Positions 26,443 to 40,484 of a stretch of 64,000 nucleotides of DNA are shown in pieces. The stretch covers positions 156,612,001 to 156,676,000 of the forward strand of contig NC_042998.1 of NCBI RefSeq assembly GCF_006345805.1, given 5' to 3'. A model generated the notes under the pieces. That model was not told where the DNA came from and did no database searches. It saw nothing but the letters and a program-made list of their open reading frames with translations. The position numbers and the translations under genes are program-made. The first letter of the stretch is position 1. Each line of letters opens with the position of its first letter. The DNA comes from Octopus sinensis. Its lineage: Eukaryota.

Positions 26443-29400
26443 TGATTGATTGATTGATTGATTCTAGTTTCAGCTTATGAGCTGTGGCCATGCTGGGGCA
26501 CCGCCATTTGGTGTTGCTACTTGGTTTCACTTCATGGAGGCTTTCTAGCAACTGCTATTTGGTGCATGAGAGAGTTCGATGCAGCTGCCCTCATCTGCCC
26601 CTCCTGCCGTGAAGTTGGTTCATCTGGGACACCTGACAGAAGAATTCCAGCTCCATTTAAAGACATCTGTGTCCACCCATGCAGGTCTCTCAGGTTCATC
26701 GGGAGGATATTGAAGAGCTGTGGGCCTCAGAAGCCCAGGCTATCACAGAATCTTGTCCTACATCATGATGACAAGTTTGGAGTCCTAGGCACCACGCAGT
26801 GGCGCCCAGTTCTGGCATTTGCGTAACTCTCGATGCCAAAGTTCAGGACACTTCCCTCCAGGATCTTCCAGATGTATATTATTGCATATCTTTCCCGCCT
26901 ACGCTGCAGGGAATATAATTTTAATCTCTTGAGTCTTTCCCAGTAGCTTACATTCTGCATAGAGGCTATCTTCTTCGTGTAGCTTCATTGGATCGCCTCA
27001 AGTTCTGTGATCAACTTGACACTGGATGGTGACCATAGCTGAGAGCAATAGTCAAAGTGACTTAGGACAAGTGTCTTCCAGAGGACCATCATGGTTTCTT
27101 GTTCTCTTGTTCCAAAGGTTCTAAGAATCCATCCAGCCAGCCGTCTGCATTTCATTGTCAGTTTAGCAACATGTACATGAAAGGTCGCGTCATCACTCAT
27201 GTGAATACCCAGGTCACGCACTGATTGTGCCTCTGGGATTGCAATCCCTCCGGGTCCAGTGTATTCCTGGGTATTGCATTCAGTTTTGCATGCTGATAGT
27301 ATAAAGCTTGAAACTTTTCAGCATTGAACTGCATGCTATTCTTTTCAGCCCACTTGTATATTTCGTCCAGCTCATAGTGCAGGGCCTAGTGTCTTCAGGG
27401 TTCTGTATTGCCTGTGAAACTTTTGTATCATCTGCATAACTTGTGATCGTGGCTCTCCACGTGGCTGAGGGCATGTCTGAGAGGGCCATTATGAACAGTA
27501 GTGGTCCCAAAACAGTGCCCTGTGGAACACCGCTCACTATTTGCGTGTTAATGGAAGTGGCCCCATTGGCTACTACCACCTGACTTCTATTCTTCAGAAA
27601 GTCGTGAAGCCATTCTCCTAATTTTCCAACTATGCCAAGATCATGCAGTTTGTGACATATCATTCCATGATCGACTTTATCGAAGGCCTTTGCGAAGTCG
27701 AGATATATGACTTCCACATTTGAGTGGTTGAGCAGTTGTTTCAGCACCCAGTCATAGTGCTGCAGGAGCTGAGTTAAGCAGCTTCTTCCTGGTCGGAAAC
27801 CATGTTGGGTGTCAGGCAGCAAGTCATTTTCTTCAAGGAAGGTGATTAGTTTCCTTCTGACCATTCGTTCCATGACCTTGCTGATGTGTGAGGTGAGAGA
27901 GATAGGTCTGTAGTTCTTGGCCTCCGCTCTGCTACCTCCTTTATGAATAGGGCATATTTTACCTTCCTTCAGTTTTCTTGGAAGTTTGCCAGCTGCAAGG
28001 AAGCTCTGAAAGAGGAACTGCAGTGGTCTTGGTAAAACTCTCTTACATACTTTTAGGAGGATTGCCGGGAATCCATCGGGGCCAATAGCTGAGTCTGTTT
28101 TCATTTCATCTATAGCCTTTATTACAATCGTCTTCCTTTATCGATGTAATTTACCGTCGCCGCCTCTGATTCTATATCGCAGTGGTAAAGAAGTCAGTTG
28201 GATTGCTGATTTGGAAATGCCCAAGGGGTGGAGTGAAAACACTCTTGAATTGTTCATTCAGTATTTCACTTCCCTCATTGGTTTTCCTGTGAGTGTGCCA
28301 TCCTTTTCAAGGAGTGGCCCTATCCTACAGTGCACCGTAGCTGTTTCTTTGGCATACCTGTAGAAAGCTCTGGGGTTAGTTTTTATGTTGTCTATAGCCC
28401 AGGCTTTTTTGTCTGCTCTTTCTTCTCATGGGAGAGTTGTAGACAATTTTCAATTTCCAACAGTTTTATTTTCAGGCGGGACTTTTCACTGCTTTCAATT
28501 TGTTTGTTTAGGCGATTTGAAATTTTTGTACGCCGTCTCATTAAATTTCTCTCTCTGGGGATTTTGTTCTTGTGTACAGTGGCCTTTCTCTCTGGGACAC
28601 ATTTGTAGCATATGGCTTGCATTACAGACATGAATTGTTGAAGTATCATGTCGATGTCTGGCGAGGAGAGACATTCAGGTAGTTTGTTTGAGGATCTCTT
28701 TCTCAATTTGTTTCCGTTTGCCTTATTGAAGTTCAGCTGGAAAGATTCTGAGGGTTTCTTGTAGGCTGCATGTCCGTGCTCTCTTTTGGCCCGTACATGG
28801 TCAGCTCTACCATGTTGTGATCCGAGAGTAGTGTCGGTGTCACTTTCACATTATGGATGAGATCCATATTATTGTGAAGCAGAGATCCAGTGTGTTACCC
28901 GCTCTGGTTGGTTGGAGTATTACTTGCTCCATGTACAGGTGTTGTTGGTGAGGTTCAGGAGGGACCTCGCCTGTCCTCGTTCACATCTTGTCATTCCTGG
29001 GAGAGAAAGGCCCTCGGGCCATCTGACATTCGGTAGATTGAAGTCTCCCATGAGAAGTACACTTATGTGTTGTTCTAATGTGGTTAGAACTTCTTTATTT
29101 TTAAAAGGCAGTCCTCAAACATGCCCATATGACTTGGGGCATCTGGAGGGCGATATGTAGCACACACAACTACATCAAGTTGCCTATGTGTACAATTAGT
29201 GTGTCACACACCGAGTTTGAGTATGACAAAAGGACCTGGGGTGTGAGGTCCCCACGGATGTACATAGCAACTCCTCCATGACTTCTTTCTTTCCTGTCGG
29301 TCCGTAGTACAACATACTGTGGTATGTGTAATTCCGCATCTGCTATGTCCGGTTTCAGATGCGTTCTGTGAGTGCTATGCATAAGGCTTGATTGCATGCG

Positions 29401-30140
29401 ACAAGTCTCTCAGGAACGGGACTTTTGTCCTGTTACTGTGTGTTAGTAGTCCTCTGATGTTCAGTAGGAGCATCGAGGTGAGGTGTATGCTGTTGCCGGC
29501 GGTGTCCACCCTGGGGCCATCTGCTGTGGCGGTCTTGTGAACCGTGGGCAGTTCCATCTGCCGAGCCTGAGCCTGATGGAGCCAGGTTAGCTGCTGTAAC
29601 ATCTTTTGTGCCATGCACAAAAAAGATTCCTGCTCAGCAGCTCCCTTTCAACAACACGTTGGTGGTTGTGGTACGCCACACATCTGCGTACCTCCGTTTG
29701 GGGCAGGTGATGCGTGGTCCATCCATTTCCTTTCGGTGGTTGGTTTCTGTGGCAGGGTCCCGGATGTGCAAAGCGGCAGCCTGCACCTTCCTCTCCATGC
29801 CGGCAGGCACCTTTCAGGTAGAACCTACATACCCGTGTGCGCTGCTTGTGTCCATCCTTTTTGGCATATGGATAGTTAGGTTTGCCTCTATCCCTGGCTG
29901 CCTTGCCCCTTGGCTTTGTCTGAGTTTTAGCTTCAGTTTTTCCTCTTTTTTTGGCCTCTTCATCTCCATGTCCATGGCTTTTGGTGCCGGTAGGAGCATC
30001 CGTAACTGGGTTCACCTCCCGGGCAGGCCTCTCGCTGGAGTTTACTTCCTGGGCGTCCACCAGGTGGGGGTGACCCTCCTCATCTGTGCCCGCGTCTCCA
30101 TCCTTGCCATCTTTACTTTGTTCGCGTTTTTCGCTGTTAA
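26443..30140 (-). mobile_element. near full-length, frameshifted CR1/L2-group LINE
   Basis: ORF1 CCCH (CRFYLKGACRHGEEGAGCRFAH), endonuclease fragments, RT ORF 27280-28104, (TCAA)n tail. Confidence 0.92.
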
Positions 30141-30171
30141 AAATATATATATATATGTATATATATGTATG

Positions 30172-30207
<36 letters not shown>

Positions 30208-30216
30208 ATTATATAT

Positions 30217-31062
30217 TGTTACGAAATCCACCTGCCGTCGCTCAAACTCTTTGGGAAAACCCGGGACCCTACTAAGACGAGCGACGACGATTTTCCGGCC
30301 CGATCGATCGGCGAACTCGCCACGGACCCAGGGAGAGAGAGAGAACTCGGTGGGGGGAACGCGGTAGCGAACCCGGCAACCGGCGACTGGAGATAACAAC
30401 AACAACCACATCAGGAAGAGAGACAAAGAGAGACGGTGGAAGGCAATTGGCTACATTTAACAACAGTTTATACAATTATTACAACATCAAATAAAATACA
30501 TGCAAGAAAGCAAGAAAACAACAAATCAAAGCATGCAGGTACAATATACAGTTCAGATCAATTAAGACAAATAACGTTCACATTAACAATACAGTTCAAA
30601 GTTCTTTAAAGTCTACATTAGAGTCTTTCTCCTTCTTTCTTTGCTTTCCGTAATTCTGTAACAGTTCTTTTCACATATCAAACATAAATAAACATACCGT
30701 TACGAGCTACCACAATAGCCAAGTGCCCTCATACCGTAGTCCCTCTCTCTCGCTCTTTAATCCTATCTGTCTGTCTTCCTCTACGCTGCCATTCTCTCGC
30801 TTGTCAGCTCCTCAGATTCCCTGTCTGTCCTTCTCTACTGACCGCCCTCATATCAGTCCCGTCTCTGCTAGAGCTGCCGGCCGACTGTCTCGACAGGCTC
30901 ACATCTCCTGCTTTTTAAAGGGCTGTTTCCTCGAACTTTCTTTCACCTGAAAAGGGTCGAAGGTCTCCCCAGAACTCATCAATCCACCTGAATCTGACAG
31001 GACAAAGGATTTACTCACAAAAGTCGGTCGCAAGTAATGTCCCTGAATTGACCCCCACAACA
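30217..31062. mobile_element. probable solo LTR (~846 bp)
   Basis: Termini TGTT...AACA, ATAT on both flanks (TSD uninformative within TA repeat), noncoding and CpG-rich. Confidence 0.65.
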
Positions 31063-31124
31063 ATATGTATATATATATATATATTATATATATATAATAT
31101 ATATATATATATGTATATATGTAT

Positions 31125-32160
31125 ATATTGAGTAATTGAATGAATTATCTTATTAGGATAATTCGAAAGATAACCGATACCTGGGTAGCAAATTCACATC
31201 AGAAAGAACACGGTTGAAGCTACGTCCCTAGGGCATAGACTACGTGTCTTCGTGCAGAAATTTGTATGTTTATTTTAAAATTATAAGTATATGAAAGAAT
31301 GCAGTTGAACAACTAGTTAACAAATATCCTTTATTTTCGACATACGTTTCGAAGGCTGCATATTCCTAATTCCGACGGAATAAGGAGTACATTATGCAGA
31401 TTTGTCATCAGGAAAATCAAGGAACTTATGTCGACATCAAAATGCACAAAAAACTTTTAGCTGACCACTCTTAAGGAGCCCATGGCGATAATGAGTGTCT
31501 CTTTATAATGAGTGACGTCAGAGTGGCTGAATGTAGAAGAATCTAGAAGTTTCTAAAGGTTTAAGAGTTCAAACGAAGTAGGAGGAGGGAGGCATAAGAA
31601 TGGCAAGGTGAGAGAGTGCAGGTCAAAAGAATGGTGGGTTTAAATGATTTCTTTTGTGAATGAGTGCCTGTGTGTGTGACTGTATATAACTGTCTTAATG
31701 TGTGTGTGTGTGTGTGTCTGAATGCGTGATTGTGTTTGTGGATGGGTAGATGTCAGAAAACTGACAGCTGTGAGTTGAAAGGTCTGTATCTGTGTGTTCG
31801 ATTATGTTTACTGTAGGGAAAGGAAAGTAGATAGCGAAAGGGAGAAAGAATCGGGCGAGGTGAGAGGCAACGCAAGAATGGATAGTAGTAATTGGGAATA
31901 TAAGAAAATCTTTTTGACTATTGGGGTGAAATATAGCAAAAATTTTTTTGGAAATCGAGGGTTATCTATATTAGTCACTATTTATATGAATGAAAGGTGT
32001 GTCTTTTCCAGTGTAAACACCTATAGGATCTTTCGACGATTGTGCTTATTAAAGGGCCTTTGGCGAACAAAATATGAAAAAGTTCGGAATTACAGATGCC
32101 ACAAAATTTTCTGCCTTTATCAAACAGGAAGGACACCGACAAAATGGACCATTCGAGCTT
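31125..32160 (-). mobile_element. Penelope-like element 3' end
   Basis: Minus strand reads KGRKFCGICNSELFHIL...YRCLHWKRH (PLE endonuclease C-terminal Cys/His motif), followed by UTR with a hammerhead. Confidence 0.75.
31327..31423 (-). ncRNA. type I hammerhead ribozyme motif, long stem II
   Basis: tccttgattttc-CTGATGA-[54 nt incl. ctgcata/tatgcag]-GAAA-cgtatg-TC-gaaaataaagga; stem I pairs 11 of 12; base of stem II pairs poorly. Confidence 0.75.
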
Positions 32161-32525
32161 GAACGTAGTGTTATTGATTATATTATACTTTAGTTTGATT
32201 TTAATTATTACTTACTACAAATAATTCAATTGTTATTATTATCTCTAATTTTTATTGTTAAAGTGAAAGTATCTGGCATAAAATAGAGAAATGTTTTCGA
32301 TTCGCTTTTTTAACACATAATACTGAAATAGTAGAGAAGATATGATATTGCTATGGGCTCGCCCTAGGCAAGAAGTTGAACATTTTTTTTTGTCCATGAA
32401 ACTACATGGACCCTAAGTAAGGCAGGTGTAAACTTTGAATGAAATTGGTTGTGTAGTTCTCAAGTTTTAGGGAATCGTAGTGGAGAAGTTGTGATATTGC
32501 TGTGGGCTCGCCCTAGGCAAAAAGA
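32161..32525 (-). mobile_element. Helitron-like fragment homologous to 10959-11230
   Basis: 'tttgaatgaaattggttgtgtagttctcaagtttt' is the reverse complement of ~11016-11052; local duplication of 'tgatattgct.tgggctcgccctaggcaa'. Confidence 0.6.
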
Positions 32526-33092
32526 GTGGAGGCCAAGAACTACAGACCTATCTCTCTGACCTCACACATCAGCAAGGTCATGGAACGAATAGTCAGAAGG
32601 AAACTAATCACCTTCCTTGAAGAAAATGACTTGCTGCCTGACACCCAACATGGTTTCCGACCAGGAAGAAGCTGCTTAACTCAGCTCCTACAACACTATG
32701 ACTGGGTGCTGAAACGACTGCTCAAACACTCAAATGTGGAAGTGATATATCTCGACTTTGCAAAGGCCTTTGATAAAGTCGATCATGGAATGCTATGTCA
32801 CAAACTGCGTGATCTTGGCATTGTTGGAAAATTGGGAGAATGGCTTCATGACTTTCTGAAGGATAGAAGTCAGGTGGTAGTAGCCAATGGGGCCACCTCC
32901 AATAACACGCAAATAGTGAGCGGTGTTCCACAAGGCACTGTTTTGGGATCACTACTGTTTATAACGGCCCTCTCAGACATGCCCTCAGCCACGCAGAGAG
33001 CCACGATCACAAGTTATGCAGATGATACAAAAGTTTCACAGGCAATACAGAACCCGTAAGACACTATGCACCTGCAATGTGAGCTGGACAAA
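32526..33092 (+). mobile_element. CR1/L2-group LINE RT fragment
   Basis: [12 protein letters not shown]...YADDTK. Confidence 0.9.
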
Positions 33093-34818
33093 CTTTTGTA
33101 TGCCGTCTCATTAGAATTTTCCTCTCTCTGGGGATTTTGTTCTTGTGTACAGTGGCCTTTCTCTCTGGGACACATTTGTAACATATGGCTTGCATTACAG
33201 ACATGAATTGTTGAAGTTGCATGTCGATGTCTGGCGAGGATAGACATTCAGGCCAGTTTTGTTTGAGGATCTCTTTCTCAATTTGTTTCCAGTTTGCCTC
33301 ATGGAAGTTCAAGCTGGAAAGATTCTGAGAGTTCTTGTAGGCTGCATGTCCATGCTTTTCGTTGGCCCGACATGGTCAGCTCTACCATGTTGTGATCCGA
33401 GAGTAGTGTCAGTGTCACTTTCACATTATGGATGAGATCCATATTATGTGAAGCAGAGATCCAGTGTGTTACCTGCCCTGGTTGGTTGGAGTATTACTTG
33501 CTCCATGTACAGGGTGTTGATGAGGTTCAGGAGGGACCTCGCCTGTCCTCGTTCACATCGTGTCATTCCTGGGGAGAGAAAGAAAGGCCTCGGGCCATCT
33601 GACATTGGGTAGATTGAAGTCTCCCATAAGAAGTAAACTTATGTGTTGTTCTAATGTGACTAGAACTTCTATTTTTATAAGGCAGTCTTCAAACTTGCCT
33701 ACATGGTTTGGGGCATCTGGAGGGCGATATGTAGCACATAGACCAAGTTGCCTCATATGTACAATTAGTGTGTCACACACTGAATTTGGGTATGACAAAA
33801 GGACCTGGGGTGTGAGGTCCTCGCGGATGTACATAGCAACTCGTCCACGACTCCTTTCTTTTCTGTCGGTCTGTAGTACAACATACTTTGGTATGTGTAT
33901 TTCCACATCTGCTATGTCTGGTTTCAGGTGTGTTTCCCTAAGTGCTATGCATAAGGCTTGATTGCATGCAACAAGGTCTCTCAAGAAAGGGATTTTTGTC
34001 CTGTTACTGAGTGTCAGCAGTCCTCTGATGTTCAGTAAGAGCATTGAGGTGTTGTGTGTGCTGTTGCCGGTGGCGTCCACCTTGGGTCTATATGCTTTGG
34101 CGGTCTTGTATATTGTGGATAGTCCCACATGTGAGTTTGAGTTTGATGGAGCCAGGTTAGCTGCTGTACAAACTTTTGTGCCATGCTCAAAGAAGATTCT
34201 TGTTCAGCAGCTGCCCTTTCAATAACATGTTTGTGGTTTGTAGCACGCACTACATCTGCATTCCTCCGTTTTGGGGCAGGTGGTGCGTGGTCCATTCCTT
34301 TTCCTTTTGGTTGTTGGTTTCTGCCCTGTTTCATATTTATGTGGCAGGGTCTTTGATGTGCAAAACGGCAGCCTGCACCTTCCTCTCCATGCCAACAGAC
34401 ACCTTTCAGGTAGAATTTACACATTTGTGTGCGCTGTCTCTTTCTATCCTTTTTGGTATATGGACAGTCAGGTTTGCTTCTATCCTTGGCTGTTTCATCT
34501 CTTGGTTTTGTTTGAGTTTTAGTTTTTCCTTCTTTGGCTGTTTCATCTTTTGTTTTTGTTTTTCCTCCTTTACTTCTTTTTTGGCTCTTTCATCTCCCTG
34601 GTTTTGGCTTTTAGTGCTGGTAGGGACACTTGCACTTGGGTTTACTCCCCAGGCAGGTTTCTCACTTGAATCTTCTTTGTTGTCCTGGGTGTCTACCAAG
34701 TGGGGGTGACATCTTTCATCAGCACCCGTGCCTCCATCCTTGCCATCTTTACTTTGTTTGTTGTCAAAGATGGCATCAAGTGTGCCGATGTGGGATCTTA
34801 TGATGCATAGGAGCGTAT
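33093..34818 (-). mobile_element. CR1/L2-group LINE 5' half (ORF1 CCCH + endonuclease)
   Basis: [22 protein letters not shown]; LLNIRGL, ETHL, YRPP, GDFN. Confidence 0.9.
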
Positions 34819-34846
34819 AATATATATGTATGTAATATATATATAT

Positions 34847-34925
<79 letters not shown>

Positions 34926-35004
34926 TCTATATATAGATATGTATATATTATATATATATGTATATATATATGTATATATATATATATATTTGTATATATA
35001 TATG

Positions 35005-35051
<47 letters not shown>

Positions 35052-35052
35052 G

Positions 35053-35105
<53 letters not shown>

Positions 35106-35189
35106 TATGATATATATATATATGTATATATATATGTATATATATATATATGTATATATATTTATATATATATATAGTGTATATATATG

Positions 35190-35226
<37 letters not shown>

Positions 35227-35671
35227 GTATATATATAGATATGTATATATATATATATGTATATATATTATATATATGTATATATATATATATATATTGT
35301 ATATATATATATATGTATTATATATATTATGTATATGTATATATATATTGTATATATATATATGTATATATAATATTATGTATATATATATATATGTATA
35401 ATTATATATATATATGTAGATATATATATTGTATATATTATATATATGTATATAATATATATATTGTATATATATATATATATATATAATATATGTATAT
35501 ATATTATATATGTATATATATATATGTATATTATATATATGTATATATATATATGTATATATATATATGTATATATATATAGATATATATATATATGTAT
35601 ATAATATATTGTATTATATATATATATGTATAATATATATGTATATATATATATGTATATATATATATGTA

Positions 35672-35703
<32 letters not shown>

Positions 35704-35710
35704 GTAATAT
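34819..35710. repeat. compound (TA)n array
   Basis: Direct inspection. Confidence 0.95.
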
Positions 35711-35768
35711 AAAACATTATTGGTGAATGAAGAAATGGAGCTGAACGCAGATTGAACAGAAATCGTTT

Positions 35769-35865
35769 TATTTCATTCTACTCGTGTTTCGAAAGGCACA
35801 AATTACCAAAATCGATTTGGTGAATAATGGGACCATATTGTGTCTTTCTCTTCAGGAAGAAAATA
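35769..35865 (-). ncRNA. type I hammerhead ribozyme motif (left arm)
   Basis: tattttcttc-CTGAAGA-gaaagacacaa...ttgtgcctttc-GAAA-cacgag-TA-gaatgaaata. Confidence 0.75.
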
Positions 35866-38219
35866 GGAAATCCGTTGAAAAAAACAAAAACAGAACAGAG
35901 GCGGAGCAAAAAACAAATCGAACTATGCTCCTAAGAGCCCATGGCGAAAACTGTTTATCAGTGTGTTGTGGAAGCGGTGACTGAAGAATTAACGGGTCAG
36001 GCATCGGTCAATCATGTGGGTTGGGGTGTGGGTGTTCTTTGTGACCGAGAATAAAGTTCTGACTATTTAAGGAATATTGGATGTTTTATAAGGGGCGAGA
36101 AAAAATCTACTTAGAGACGTGTGTGTATACTGTTCTATATATGTGTGTGTTGGCGTAGGGGTAGAAAAATTTTTTGTGTACGTGTGTGCGTTTTGATCGT
36201 TCGGCTGTCAGTGGCTACTGCCGCGAGAACCGTTGGGTGGCAGAAAAAAATATATAATTATATGTTTTATGTTGTGTGGTGTTCATCTAAGCCTGCCTTG
36301 TCAAGGAAACCCCCCGCTGTGAAAAAACCAAGCCCGCGTTTGTCTAACAGGAGTAATTCCCCTTGCAGTGGTTAATCGTAGATATCTTAAAGGCTATTTC
36401 AGAATTTGTTACCAAGGGCTATGGGGCCGGTATTATTTATAAACGCTATTTAAAAGCCAGATAAGTGTAACGCCGCCAATGGGGGCATCGAAAAGCCGAC
36501 TGTAAAAGCCGGTTTACCATCCGGCCTCTGGCAAACAAAATATGGAAGGAAGAGTTCGGAGACACAAAGGTTGCACTGCCTTCTGCCCCTATTCAAATGG
36601 GAGGGCCACCGACAAAATTGACCATTCCAGCCTGTAGCTTAAGTTCGTATCCTTCAGTCGCCATATTAGCTTACTGAGACATGGCGCTTGTTCATGTCCC
36701 GAAAAGTTGCGTAATGGTTGGAGACACGCAAAGACAATCTTGAGGAGGATGAGGCCCCTACATAAGTGAAGACATCTGAGTCCGTGTAAACCTTGCATTG
36801 GTAGACGGCGTTTTGATCTTGGAGTTCGCCGACGTGAATCTTATTCTGCTAGGATTAGTTTCTGAAATTAGAACTGCGTTCCTGTCACTATATTCGTTCC
36901 GAGACCTGCAGCCGCTTACTACTCTATTTTCCACTACGTCACTATTAACTATAGGAATAACCCCTGATTCTCCACTATCTATCAGGGTGTTGTCATTGCT
37001 ACTGCCCGTGGTGCGCTATTGCGGGAAATGATGCTGGGGATGCTATTGGGGCTCTCTACCCTACTCCCATTGTTACCGTCAACACAACACCCCTATTTAT
37101 AACTATACCCTAGTGGGTACTCCCTGGCTGGAGCTGAGATTATGTGTCACTGTACTGGCTCTCATATCATTATTACTACTATAATTATTCCTCCTGAGCA
37201 TTAAACCGGGAGCGGAAGAGGCTGTGCCTCCGGAAAAAGTGATAGGGTCTTAGTAAGTAGCCTATTATTATGGGAGGCGATTATCTGGGCGAGGTTTTTA
37301 GTGTTGGAGAAAGCTATCCTAACTTTATGCGAGGGTAACCGTGGAGTAATATTTGGATTTCTGGGGAAGTTATTGGCGATGGCTTGTCTAAACATGAGGG
37401 GGAGGTTAGTTCTAATCTGCTTACCAAAGGGGATTACAAACCATATATGCTTATTCCTATCAGTGTGATGGGTCGGGACGCCAGCTCTCGCGTTCGGGTG
37501 GGTGATTCTCGGATGAATAACGGGTCTTGGGTTAGTGTAAGACCTCCCGGACCGATAATTATCCTTGTAAACGGGCTTTTACAGTCGGCTTTTCGATGCC
37601 CCCATTGGCGGCGTTACACTTATCTGGCTTTTAAATAGCGTTTATAAATAATACCGGCACCCATAGCCCTTGGTAACAAATTCTGAAATAGCCTTAAGAT
37701 ATCTACGATTAACACTGCAAGGGGAATTACTCCTGTTAGACAAACGGGGCTTGGTTTTTTCACAGCGGGGGGTTTCCTTGACAAGGCAGGCCTTAGATGA
37801 ACCACACACACACATAAAAATAATATATATATATTTTTTTTTGCCACCCAACGGTTCTCGCGGCAGTAGCCACTGACAGCCGAACGATCAAACGCACACA
37901 CGTACACAAAAAAATGTTTTCTACCCCTACGCCAACACACACATATATAGAACAGTATACACACACGTCTCTAAGTAGATTTTTTCTCGCCCCTTTATAA
38001 AACATCCAAATTCCTTAAATAGTCAGAACTTTATTCTCTCGGTCACAAAGAACACCCACACCCCTCACCCACATGATTGACCGATGCCTGACCCGTTAAA
38101 TTCTTCAGCCACCGCTTCTCAACATACACTGATAAACAGTTTCGCCATGGGCTCTTAGGAGCATAGTTCGATTGTTTTTGCTCCGCCTCTGTTTGTTTTT
38201 GTTTTTCCAACGGATTTCC

Positions 38220-38313
38220 TATTTTCTTCCTGAAGAGAAAGACACAATATGGTCCCATTATTCAATCGGATTTTGGTAATTTGTGCCTTTCGAAACACGT
38301 GTAGAATGAAATA
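38220..38313 (+). ncRNA. type I hammerhead ribozyme motif (right arm)
   Basis: tattttcttc-CTGAAGA-gaaagacacaa...ttgtgcctttc-GAAA-CACGTG-TA-gaatgaaata; palindromic stem III, GUA triplet. Confidence 0.8.
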
Positions 38314-38449
38314 AAACGATTTTGTTCAATCTGCGTTCAGCTCCATTTCTTCAATTCACCAATAATGTTTTAATTTCAATTATCCGCACCAACGCACGGT
38401 TGCAACACCATATGGTTGTACCTCCAACCGTGCTGTTTACTGCTGTGAT

Positions 38450-38944
38450 TATATATATGTATATATATATTATATATGTATATATTATATATATATGTAT
38501 ATATATATGTATATATTATATATATGTATATATATATGTATATATTATATATATATGTATATATTATATATGTATATTATATATACGTATATATTATATA
38601 TATGTATATATATATATATATATATGTATATATTATATATATATATGTATATATATATGTATATGTATATATTTATATATAGTATATATTTATTATATAT
38701 TATATATTTATATGTATGTATATATTATCTATATATGTAATATTTATATATATGTATATATATATGTATGTACATATATATATATATAGTATATTATTTA
38801 TATATGTATATATATAATATGTATGTATTATATATATGTATGTATATATATATATGTATGTATATAATATATGTATGTATATATATATATGTATGTATAT
38901 ATATATGTATGTATATATATATGTATGTATATATATATATATGT
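38450..38944. repeat. compound (TA)n array
   Basis: Direct inspection. Confidence 0.95.
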
Positions 38945-39911
38945 ATACTCTTTTTTTTTTTTTATCTTTACTTGTTTCAGCCATCCGGCTGAGGCCATGC
39001 TGGGGCACCGCCCTTTTGCTACCCTCTCTAAGTCCAGTTTGCCGTGGCTGGCCACTGATCTAAGAGAGAGTTTGTAGCTGCGCCTTAGGTTACCTTCGTA
39101 CCTTGCAGTGGGTTCATCTGGGATCCCGGAAAGCAGCTTGTCTAGATGTTTTTTGAAAAGTCCACATCCGCATCATGTAGATCTCTTAGTTTTCTTGGCA
39201 GTTTGTTGAACAGCTGAGGGCCCTGAACCCCAGGCCTATTACAGTATCTGCTCCTTACCCTGGATGTGGAAGACGGGACCTTTGGCACCACACAGTGACG
39301 TCCTGTACAGGGATTGGAACAGCTCTCAATTCCAAAAATGTGGTGCTAGTCCCTCCAGGATTTTCCATATGTATATCACTGCATATCTCTCTCGTCTTCG
39401 TTCCAAGGAGTACAAATTGAGTTCCCTAAGCCTCTCCCAATAGTTCTTTTCTTCATGGTGGAAATCCTCTTGGTGAAATGTCTTTGGATTGTCTCAAGCT
39501 CTGTGGTTAGTTTGACACTATGCGGGTGACCACAGTTGGGAGCAGTAGTCCAGGTGCTTAGGACAAATGTCCTCCATAGTGTCAACATGCTCTCGCAGTC
39601 TCTTGTCCGGAATGTCCTCAGGATCCAGCCAGTGAGTCGTCTGCACATTGTCGCCACCTTCGCGATGTGTGAAGAAAAAGATGCATCGTCACTCATGTCT
39701 ATCCCCAGGTCCTGTATTGATTTCGATACTGGGATTTCGATCCCTCCTGGACCAGTATAGTTGTGTTGTAATGTATATGTGTTTACAGCTTGATATTGTA
39801 AGGCTTGAAATTTACCAGCATTAAATTGCATGTTGTTGTCTTCAGCCCATTTGTATATGGCATCCAGATCTTGTTGTAAAAGGTCAGCATCAGCTGGGTT
39901 TTTGATTGCCT
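38945..39911 (-). mobile_element. 5'-truncated LINE of a diverged sister family
   Basis: [13 protein letters not shown]...GWILRTF...PDEP; 3' end 'ccccagcatggcctcagccggatggctgaaacaagtaaag'. Confidence 0.88.
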
Positions 39912-40078
39912 GTATGTATATATATATATGTATGTATATATATATGTATGTATATATATATGTATGTATACATATATGTATGTATATATATATATGTATG
40001 TATATATATATGTATATATATATATGTATATATATATATGTATATATATATGTATATATATATATGTATATATATATG

Positions 40079-40162
<84 letters not shown>

Positions 40163-40246
40163 TATATATGTATATATATATGTATGTATATATATATGTA
40201 TGTATATATGTATGTATATATATATGTATGTATATATATATGTATG

Positions 40247-40277
<31 letters not shown>

Positions 40278-40452
40278 GTATGTGTATATATATGTATGTA
40301 TGTGTATATATATATGTATGTGCATATATATGTATGTATGTGAATATATATATGTATGTATGTGTGTATATATATATGTATGTGTATATATATGTATGTG
40401 TGTATGTATATATATGTATGTGTATATATATGTGTGTGTATATATATGTATG

Positions 40453-40484
<32 letters not shown>

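Larger units (their letters stand above)
35711..38371 (-). mobile_element. Penelope-like element with ~805-bp inverted duplication of its 3' end
   Basis: Arms 35711-36517 and 37567-38371 are near-identical reverse complements; minus strand encodes NFP...AFSNTKNLAQIIASHNNRLL, AVYQCKV...YVG (GIY-YIG), WSIL, CNLCVSE, RCPH. Confidence 0.88.

Noticed and set aside
29587-30426. 279-aa ORF with apparent signal peptide
   Set aside because: Chance read-through from the solo LTR across a TA tract into a truncated LINE ORF1.
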